Positions 1 through 6,018 of a stretch of DNA of 14,487 nt are shown here, piece by piece. Position 1 is the first letter of the stretch. Each line of letters begins with the position of its first letter. The position numbers were made by a program, and so were the translations under genes. This stretch comes from Candidatus Diapherotrites archaeon CG10_big_fil_rev_8_21_14_0_10_31_34. Its GTDB lineage: Archaea; Iainarchaeota; Iainarchaeia; Iainarchaeales; 1-14-0-10-31-34. Location: positions 1 through 14,487 of the forward strand of contig PFAI01000038.1 of the NCBI GenBank assembly GCA_002763225.1, given 5' to 3'. The notes beneath the pieces were generated by a model that saw nothing but the letters and a program-made list of their open reading frames with translations, was not told the DNA's origin and searched no databases.

Positions 1-2510
1 ACTTTTTCTACATTAGTCATAGAAGAAAGAATTTCTTTTGAATTAGAAAAAGAAAGTTTTGTTTCTAAAACTAATTCATTTAATTTCCATCTTAAACGCA
101 TTTTTTCTTTTTCTCTTAAAGACAAAGCAGTCTGGGAAATTTCTTTAACCAAAGAAAACTCTTTTTCTAAATCCAAATCAATCAGTTTTTGATTATGCTT
201 TGGAAAAACAAGTAAGTGAACTGATTCAAGCATTTTTGGTTTTTTAAAATCACTGTAAATGTACTCTGAAAAATGAGGCAAAACAGGAGCCATTAATTTC
301 AGTAAATTAATTAAAACATAATTCATTGTAACTGAAACAGCTTTGTCTTTTCTATTCCTGATTAATTTAATGTAAGTCCTGCTGAATTCTTCTGTTACAA
401 ACCAGTTTAACTGGGAAACAAGCTTTGGATATAAATATTTTTCATATGCTTCAACTGAATCCCTGATTAAAGAATTAAGTTTAGAGACAATCCATTTGTC
501 TTCAGGCATTAATTCCTTTAAATCTTTTTCCTGAATTAAAGGATTTTTTTCTAAATACAAATTTAAGTAATTATAGGAATTAAAAAAGATTCCAAAAAAC
601 TTGTTGATGTCTTTGAATGCATTCCAGTCAAAAACAATGTCTTCTCCTTTTGACTGAGAACAAAAATAATACCTTAAAAAATCCCTGTTATGTTTTTGAA
701 TTACTTCTTTTGGCTGAATTGCATTTCCTTTTGACTTGCTCATCTTTTTTTTGCCTAAATCCAATACCATTCCATGAACCATAATGTTTTTGTAAGGAGT
801 TTTATCAAAACAAATAGTTGAAGTAATTAATTGCGAGTTCCACCAGCCTCGAACTTGCTCTGTTGCCTCAATGTTTAAGTCAGCTGGCCAGAATTTTTTA
901 AATAAATCATCTGATTTAGGGTAATTTAATGCAGCCCAAGAACTTACTCCTGCATCAAACCACACATCCAACACTTCTGAAACCCTTGAAAATTCTCCTC
1001 CACAATCACAAGAAAACTTGACTTTATCTATTTCAGGTTTATGCAAATCAATTGAATCTGAAACCTTTGCTTCTTTTTGTAATTCTTTTAGTGAACCAAA
1101 AACTTTTCTTTTATTACATTTACTGCAAACCCAGATAGGCAGTGGAGTACCCCAATATCTTGCCCTTGAAATAGGCCAGTCAGACAATGATTCAATCCAG
1201 TTATTCATCCTGTCATTCATCCAAGAAGGAATCCAGTTGTTTTCTGAATTTAATTCAAGCATTCTTTTTCTGATTGAACTGACTTTGAAAAACCATTGAG
1301 GAACTGAAAGCATTAACAAAGGAGTTTTACATCTCCAGCAAACAGGATAATCATGTGTGTATGGATGCTTTAAAACCAATGAATTCATTTCCTGTAAATC
1401 ATCAATTATTTCGGAATCAACTTTTCTTGCTTTTTTTCCCTGATATTTTCCTGCCTGTTCAGTCATTTCACCGTTTAATTTTACCGGAGAAAGAGAAGGC
1501 AAATTATTTTCTTTTCCTACTTCAAAGTCTTCTTTTCCATGGCCTGGCGCACAATGCACTAAACCAGTTCCTTCATCTAAATTAACATAACGGGAACTTA
1601 AAACAATTTTATAGCCTTTGCTCATGTCAGGCAAATTCAAATTTTTATTAAGCGGGTTTTCATATTTCCAGTCTTTTAGTTCTTTTCCTTTCCACACTTT
1701 TTTTTCTGTAAAACCTGCTTCAACTGAATCCATTAATTTTTGAACTAGTTCTTTTGCAATAATCCATTTTTCTCCTGAACTTAATTCAATTTCCGAGTAA
1801 TCAAATTCAGGGTTAACCATTACTCCAGTATTTGCAGGCAGAGTCCAAGGAGTAGTAGTCCAGATTATCAGGAAAGTATTTTTTTTGTCTTTTAAAGGAA
1901 ATTTAACATACACAGAATTATCTGTTTGTTTAATGTATTCAATTTCGTTGAATGAAACTGCTGTCTCGCATCTGGGGCAAACATGAACAGAGTATTCTCC
2001 TAAATACAATAATTTTTTTTCTTCTGCTTTTTTAAAAGTCCACCAAATGCTTTCAATGTACTCATTTTTCAGAGTAATATATGGATTCTCCCAGTCCATC
2101 CATACTCCAAGATTTTCAAATTCATTGTTTTGCTGGTCAATAAATTCAGTTGCATATTTCCTGCATTTTTTAATAAAATTTTCTACTCCAAACTTTTCAA
2201 TATCCTGCTTTGATTTAGTGTTAATTTCTTTTTCTACCTGAAATTCAATGGGAGTTCCATGAGTGTCATATCCTGGTCTATCAAAAACATTAAATCCATT
2301 CATTCTTTTATATCTAATTGAAACATCTTTCAAAATCTTGTTTAATGCAGTTCCCATATGAATATGGCCTGTTGCATAAGGAGGGCCGTCCATGAAATAA
2401 AAGCATTTTTTTTGTTTTGAACTTGTTTTTCTGGCTTTTTCCGGAATTTTGTTTTTTGCCCACTGCTTTCTGATTTCTTCTTCTTTTTGCAGAGAATAAT
2501 TTTCTAACAT
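1..2510 (-). CDS. ileS: Isoleucyl-tRNA synthetase (archaeal type); 3' end runs off the left edge of the window
   Basis: Absent from the ORF track because it has no stop in the window; translated by hand from ATG at 2510: MLENYSLQKEEEIRKQW...FYFMDGPPYATGHIHMGTALNKILKD (HIGH-type motif)...PGYDTHGTPIE...IWTTTPWTLPAN...GTGLVHCAPGHG (editing domain)...DWPISRARYWGTPLPIW...LDVWFDAG...QVRGWW...KKMSKSKGN (KMSKS). Confidence 0.97.
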   Translation of the reverse strand, partial: MLENYSLQKEEEIRKQWAKNKIPEKARKTSSKQKKCFYFMDGPPYATGHIHMGTALNKILKDVSIRYKRMNGFNVFDRPGYDTHGTPIEFQVEKEINTKSKQDIEKFGVENFIKKCRKYATEFIDQQNNEFENLGVWMDWENPYITLKNEYIESIWWTFKKAEEKKLLYLGEYSVHVCPRCETAVSFNEIEYIKQTDNSVYVKFPLKDKKNTFLIIWTTTPWTLPANTGVMVNPEFDYSEIELSSGEKWIIAKELVQKLMDSVEAGFTEKKVWKGKELKDWKYENPLNKNLNLPDMSKGYKIVLSSRYVNLDEGTGLVHCAPGHGKEDFEVGKENNLPSLSPVKLNGEMTEQAGKYQGKKARKVDSEIIDDLQEMNSLVLKHPYTHDYPVCWRCKTPLLMLSVPQWFFKVSSIRKRMLELNSENNWIPSWMNDRMNNWIESLSDWPISRARYWGTPLPIWVCSKCNKRKVFGSLKELQKEAKVSDSIDLHKPEIDKVKFSCDCGGEFSRVSEVLDVWFDAGVSSWAALNYPKSDDLFKKFWPADLNIEATEQVRGWWNSQLITSTICFDKTPYKNIMVHGMVLDLGKKKMSKSKGNAIQPKEVIQKHNRDFLRYYFCSQSKGEDIVFDWNAFKDINKFFGIFFNSYNYLNLYLEKNPLIQEKDLKELMPEDKWIVSKLNSLIRDSVEAYEKYLYPKLVSQLNWFVTEEFSRTYIKLIRNRKDKAVSVTMNYVLINLLKLMAPVLPHFSEYIYSDFKKPKMLESVHLLVFPKHNQKLIDLDLEKEFSLVKEISQTALSLREKEKMRLRWKLNELVLETKLSFSNSKEILSSMTNVEK

Positions 2511-2520
2511 TTTATCCCTT

Positions 2521-2548
2521 TTTTGATAAAACTTTTTCTAAAAGTTTT
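2521..2548. repeat. Short palindromic repeat, single-hairpin copy A
   Basis: ttttgat + aaaactttt-tct-aaaagtttt; ends 10 nt from the ileS start codon. Confidence 0.8.
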
Positions 2549-2549
2549 T

Positions 2550-2599
2550 GCAGTACGACTGAAAGTCGTACGTTTTGTTGAACCTTTTGGAAAAGGTTT
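2550..2599. repeat. Palindromic repeat, double-hairpin copy 1
   Basis: gca-gtacgact-gaa-agtcgtac, g, ttttgtt, g-aacctttt-gg-aaaaggtt-t; abuts the tRNA 3' end. Confidence 0.85.
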
Positions 2600-2600
2600 A

Positions 2601-2675
2601 TGGGCGTGGGAGGATTTGAACCCCCGACTCCTGGTGTATAAGACCAGTGCTCTAACCAGGCTGAGCTACACGCCC
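2601..2675 (-). tRNA. tRNA-Ile(UAU), intronless, CCA not encoded
   Basis: 75-nt cloverleaf: acceptor GGGCGTG/CACGCCC plus discriminator A; D arm GCTC-AGCCTGGTTA-GAGC; anticodon arm CTGGT-CT TAT AC-ACCAG (anticodon at 2640-2638); variable loop GAGTC; T arm GGGGG-TTCAAAT-CCTCC. Confidence 0.96.
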
Positions 2676-2762
2676 ATCGCGATTCCGCTCGCGAGCAACG
2701 GCGCACGACATTCATTGCATTCAGTCGTGCTGTCTGAGAAATAAAATAAAACCAATAAAATC

Positions 2763-2770
2763 CTTAAATA
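2763..2770 (-). promoter_or_regulatory. Putative TATA box for the tRNA-Ile (and possibly ileS) transcript
   Basis: Minus strand reads TATTTAAG, about 25-30 nt before the start of the GC-rich tRNA leader. Weak evidence in AT-rich DNA. Confidence 0.45.
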
Positions 2771-2799
2771 CTTATCCAAACCAAAACTTGTTTTTAAAG

Positions 2800-3483
2800 T
2801 TATGCGGAACCAGTTTTTGATACAACTTTTTCCAAAAGTTGTTCTTTGTGTTCAATTGAATGCATTATTAAATCTGCGGCAGTCTTCATCAACAGGAAAA
2901 GAACCAAAACAGAAGAAGTTGCTGCTGAAGCTCCTGACAAATCAATGACAAACCCCTGCACTAAAACAATAATGATTATGTGCATTGGGATTATTCTTAT
3001 ATAAGGAAAAAACATCAGGCTGCCTGCAGTATATTTTTTTGGGGAATCCTTAAACTTAATATAAGAAAAAAGATGGTTTAAGAAAAAAATTATTGCAACC
3101 AAAAAGACGTAACCAAAATCAACTGCAACTGAATTTCCTCCGAATAAAGGGAAAACAAAAGTGATTGAAACCAAAAAAACAAGGTAAACCAAGTGAAAAA
3201 TTCCATAATGGAAAACAAAAAAGAAACCCAAAAAGATTTTACCTAAAGAAGTTATCTGGTTTAATTGTTCTCCCAGAATCAAACGATTTTCTAAAGTAAT
3301 AATCCTAATAAAATTAAAGAATCCAATAATAACACTCTGGAACCAATAAATCCAGACAATAACAAAAACACTCCAGCTGAAAACAACTGCTAAAACAATT
3401 GTAATCAAGTTTGAAAGAATTAATACTTTAGCTGAAGAATCGTTTTGAACTGATTCAATTAAACCCTGAAAAGAAAAAGTCAT
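2800..3483 (-). CDS. Polytopic membrane protein, DUF6498-like
   Basis: 227 aa with about 6 hydrophobic segments; motifs LILSNLITIVLAVVFSW, IYWFQSVIIGFFN, FFFVFHYGIFHLVY, PYIRIIPMHIIII and KTAADL resemble that family from memory. Confidence 0.75.
   Translation of the reverse strand: MTFSFQGLIESVQNDSSAKVLILSNLITIVLAVVFSWSVFVIVWIYWFQSVIIGFFNFIRIITLENRLILGEQLNQITSLGKIFLGFFFVFHYGIFHLVYLVFLVSITFVFPLFGGNSVAVDFGYVFLVAIIFFLNHLFSYIKFKDSPKKYTAGSLMFFPYIRIIPMHIIIIVLVQGFVIDLSGASAATSSVLVLFLLMKTAADLIMHSIEHKEQLLEKVVSKTGSA
2815..2842. repeat. Short palindromic repeat, single-hairpin copy B (inside the 3' end of the CDS)
   Basis: ttttgat + acaactttt-tcc-aaaagttgt; encodes QLLEKVVSK on the minus strand. Confidence 0.8.
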
Positions 3484-3601
3484 AATAAATTAAAGTTATA
3501 GAAGAATAAAAGTGTTTCTATAGAAAAATAGAAAAATAAAAGAAAAAGAGAATAAAACTGGTTTATTCTTTGGTTTCTTTTTTTAAAAAATTGGTTTTAG
3601 C

Positions 3602-4135
3602 TTATTCGTCTGAAGAATCGTCTGAGTCATCGCTGTCTGAATTGCTTTCAGAATCTGAGTCACTTGAATCAGAATCAGAGTCATCTGAAGCTGGTTTTGA
3701 TTCGCTTTTAGGGCTTCTGTCAAAACTTCTTCTGTTTCCGCCGCCACCAAATCTGCCTCTGTTTCCGCCGCCAAATCTGCCTCTTTGTTCAAATTCTTTT
3801 TCTGAAACATTGTTTTCTTTGTTTACTTCGGCAACTTCTTCTTTTGAATCAGTTAATTCGCCGTATCTTCCAATATTCAGTCTTAAACAGTTTTTGAATA
3901 AAGAAGTATATGCGTTTGCAATTTTATAGGTTTTTTCTAGTTCAACTCTGTCAATCATATCATCCCATAAAGTCAATAAAATGATTCCTGATTCATCTCC
4001 TACTAATGCTTCAGTTACTTTATGATTAGAGTTGTCTAGTTTTGAAGTAACTTCTCTTACTTCATTTTTTTCTAATACTTTTACTGCTAATTCAACCTTT
4101 TTTTGAAAAGGTCTTAGTTCACTTATTTTATCCAT
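3602..4135 (-). CDS. ssb: Single-stranded DNA-binding protein (single OB fold, SSB/RPA family) with RG-rich linker and Ser/Asp-rich acidic tail
   Basis: MDKISELRP...VKVLEK..VREV...KVTEALVGDESGIILLTLWD...KIANAYTSLFKNCLRLNIGRYG is a typical archaeal OB fold. Start moved to ATG 4135 because of GGAGG SD at 4146-4142. 177 aa. Confidence 0.9.
   Translation of the reverse strand: MDKISELRPFQKKVELAVKVLEKNEVREVTSKLDNSNHKVTEALVGDESGIILLTLWDDMIDRVELEKTYKIANAYTSLFKNCLRLNIGRYGELTDSKEEVAEVNKENNVSEKEFEQRGRFGGGNRGRFGGGGNRRSFDRSPKSESKPASDDSDSDSSDSDSESNSDSDDSDDSSDE
3728..3784 (-). repeat. Imperfect coding tandem repeat in the SSB tail (RGRFGGGN x2)
   Basis: Plus strand tctgtttccgccgcca(cca)aatctgcc occurs twice. 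Confidence 0.8.
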
Positions 4136-4234
4136 GTTAATCCTCCGGTTAAACAACGAATTTAAAATCCTAAAAAAAATAGGGTAAAATTCGTTTAGTT
4201 AATATTAAAATCTTAGATAAACTCTTTAAAAAGA

Positions 4235-4242
4235 TATTTAAA
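4235..4242 (-). promoter_or_regulatory. Putative TATA box of ssb
   Basis: TTTAAATA on the minus strand about 100 nt upstream of the ATG, implying a leader of about 70 nt. Confidence 0.5.
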
Positions 4243-4271
4243 GCTAAATGCAGGTAAAAAAAAGAGAAAAA

Positions 4272-4321
4272 GAAGTATGGGTTTATCCCATACATTTTGT
4301 TACACCTTTTAAAAAAGGTGT
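4272..4321. repeat. Palindromic repeat, double-hairpin copy 2
   Basis: gaa-gtatggg-tttat-cccatac, a, ttttgtt, acacctttt-aa-aaaaggtgt; begins 2 nt after the TAG of the 4324-5007 gene and is followed by a U-rich tract on the minus strand. Confidence 0.85.
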
Positions 4322-4323
4322 TT

Positions 4324-5007
4324 CTATAGTCCTTTTCTAACTTCCATTACAAAGTTTTTGATGTCTTTTCTGAATGATAATCCAAAAGCAACTCCAAAAA
4401 TTATTGCAATTACTATTACTAAGACTGTAAAAGCAATTCTAAATGCTTCAACTAAAATAGTTGTATCAAAGCCAATATAGGATAAAGCCATTACCACTAC
4501 TAAATACATTACAACTATTTCTGCAATTAATGCCAGCATTGCTTTTTTTGGATAATTTGTTTTGTTTATTGTGTTTCTGATGTATCTGGCTAAATAAAAG
4601 CCTACAGCCAATAACAGCACTGCACTCAAAATTAATGGTACTTCAAAGACCAGCATTCCAATAAAGTCTGATAAAACATCTAATGCAAGCCAGTTAACTG
4701 CCTGAGCCAAAAACAATATTACAACATACCATTTAACTAATTCTCCAATTAAAATAGAAAAAGGTACTCCTCCAATTGCCTGAGGCAATTCATGAGACTC
4801 CAAGAAATGATCAACTTTAAGATATTGAATTATATAAACAACTGCTTTTTTCAACAGCAATGCAACAACATAACCAATTATTAATAACACAATTGCAATC
4901 GCTATTCCTGGAAGCACTTCAATAGATTTATTATACAAAGCTGCAATTGAATCAGCAACTCCTTTACCTAAAATGCCTGCAAAATCTAATGCTCCTTCAC
5001 CAATCAT
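4324..5007 (-). CDS. Conserved TM-helix repeat membrane protein (MscS-associated / CmpX-like)
   Basis: Two repeats of the pattern LPGIAIAIVLLIIGYVVA / VPLILSAVLLLAVGFYLA and a C-terminal AIIFGVAFGLSFRK; SD GGGTGATT upstream. Confidence 0.8.
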   Translation of the reverse strand: MIGEGALDFAGILGKGVADSIAALYNKSIEVLPGIAIAIVLLIIGYVVALLLKKAVVYIIQYLKVDHFLESHELPQAIGGVPFSILIGELVKWYVVILFLAQAVNWLALDVLSDFIGMLVFEVPLILSAVLLLAVGFYLARYIRNTINKTNYPKKAMLALIAEIVVMYLVVVMALSYIGFDTTILVEAFRIAFTVLVIVIAIIFGVAFGLSFRKDIKNFVMEVRKGL

Positions 5008-5055
5008 AATTTAATCACCCTAAAAAATTGTTTAATTGTAAATAATTCTGCTTTT

Positions 5056-5613
5056 CTATTTAAAAAGGTTACCCATTAAATCCCTTGTTTTCTCAAATAA
5101 ATCGTTTAAAGAGCCGTTATTATCTATTTTAAATTCAGCTAACAAAAAAACATTTTTCATCCCCTTTTTTTCTTCATCAAGTTTATCTCTGAAAGAAAAC
5201 TCTTCTAGTTCATCAGGATCCAATTCACTTCTTCTTTCAAACCTTTCATTTTCTTCTGCTTTAATTAAAACAAGTTTTGCTTCAGAAAACCTTTGCTTAA
5301 TTAATTCAATTTCTTCAGTTGACCTTGCTCCAACAAAAACAATTTTTTCTTCTTCTTTTTTGTTCAAACTTTTTTCAAAAGTTTGTTTTTCCAAAAGCTT
5401 TTGTGCTATTACTCCCATTCCAAACTCTTTTCTTAATTCATCTCCAAGCAAAGCCATGCTTTTCTTTGAAACTTCTTTTCCCTGTTTTATTAGTTCTTCT
5501 TCCAAAACAGAAGAAAAAACAAATTTTTTGAATCCAAATTCTTTCACTAAAAAGTCTGCTACCGTATCTTTTCCTGAACGGGCTTTTCCAAGCAAAATCA
5601 AAACTTGTTTCAT
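5056..5613 (-). CDS. P-loop nucleoside monophosphate / dephospho-CoA kinase-like protein (archaeal UPF0200-like)
   Basis: Walker A GKARSGKDT directly after MKQVLILL; LRKEFG, GARS, ERFERR, IDNNGSL. Start set at ATG 5613; the longer ORF-track N-terminus is read-through of repeat copy 3. Confidence 0.8.
   Translation of the reverse strand: MKQVLILLGKARSGKDTVADFLVKEFGFKKFVFSSVLEEELIKQGKEVSKKSMALLGDELRKEFGMGVIAQKLLEKQTFEKSLNKKEEEKIVFVGARSTEEIELIKQRFSEAKLVLIKAEENERFERRSELDPDELEEFSFRDKLDEEKKGMKNVFLLAEFKIDNNGSLNDLFEKTRDLMGNLFK
5358..5385. repeat. Short palindromic repeat, single-hairpin copy C (in frame inside the kinase CDS)
   Basis: ttttgtt + caaactttt-ttc-aaaagtttg; encodes QTFEKSLNK. Confidence 0.75.
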
Positions 5614-5643
5614 AGAAAGAAAAATGAAAGGAAAAAAGTAAAA

Positions 5644-5694
5644 GCAGTATGGGTTTACCCAATACATTTAGTTAAACCTTTTAACAAAAGGTTT
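5644..5694. repeat. Palindromic repeat, double-hairpin copy 3
   Basis: gca-gtatggg-ttta-ccc(a)atac, a, tttagtt, aaacctttt-aac-aaaaggttt; lies in a divergent intergenic region. Confidence 0.85.
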
Positions 5695-5746
5695 AAATAA
5701 AAACAAACGCATTATATTTTCATTATTTTTATGGAAGTGATTTGAA

Positions 5747-5962
5747 ATGGCCTTGATTAAAAAAACAAAACAAGAAAAGACTAAAAAAGAAAAAAAGAAC
5801 AAACCTATGCTAACACGGAAAGAAATAACAGTTAAAGTGATTAAAGAAATGAAACAAAACAAACCATGGGCCAAAGAGTATTCTGAAACAGGCATGCAGG
5901 ATAATTATGGAAAAGAAATTACTGCTGAAGTTAATAGAAAACTAATTAAACAGAAAAAATAA
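5747..5962 (+). CDS. Small Lys-rich hypothetical protein (71 aa)
   Basis: A-rich coding-strand bias like the other genes, SD-like AAGTGAT upstream of the ATG, TTATAT about 35 nt upstream; no recognisable family. Confidence 0.55.
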   Translation: MALIKKTKQEKTKKEKKNKPMLTRKEITVKVIKEMKQNKPWAKEYSETGMQDNYGKEITAEVNRKLIKQKK

Positions 5963-5968
5963 AAAAAA

Positions 5969-6018
5969 GCAGTACGGGCTTGTCCCGTACTTTTGGTTAA
6001 ACCCTTTGAAAAGGGTTT
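5969..6018. repeat. Palindromic repeat, double-hairpin copy 4
   Basis: gca-gtacggg-cttgt-cccgtac, ttttggtt, aaacccttt-ga-aaagggttt; overlaps the thermosome stop codon and is followed by U8 on the minus strand. Confidence 0.85.

Noticed and set aside
1018..2241. Plus-strand ORFs 1018-1299, 1355-1585, 2047-2241
   Set aside because: Antisense shadows of ileS with Phe/Ser/Leu-rich translations.
2601..2675. tRNA as an integration site for a mobile element
   Set aside because: No duplicated tRNA 3' end and no integrase gene found in the window.
2512..2744. ORFs 2512-2715 (-) and 2523-2744 (+)
   Set aside because: They overlap the tRNA and the hairpin repeats; chance reading frames.
3570..3929. 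ORFs 3570-3929 (+) and 3583-3810 (-)
   Set aside because: Antisense and alternative-frame shadows of the low-complexity ssb tail.
5319..5895. ORFs 5319-5531, 5360-5641, 5438-5662, 5668-5895 and the 18-aa N-terminal extension of the kinase
   Set aside because: Shadows of the kinase or the small basic gene; the extension is read-through of repeat copy 3.
2521..6018. Palindromic repeats as a CRISPR array
   Set aside because: Copies are irregularly spaced with whole genes between them, vary in sequence, and no cas genes are present.
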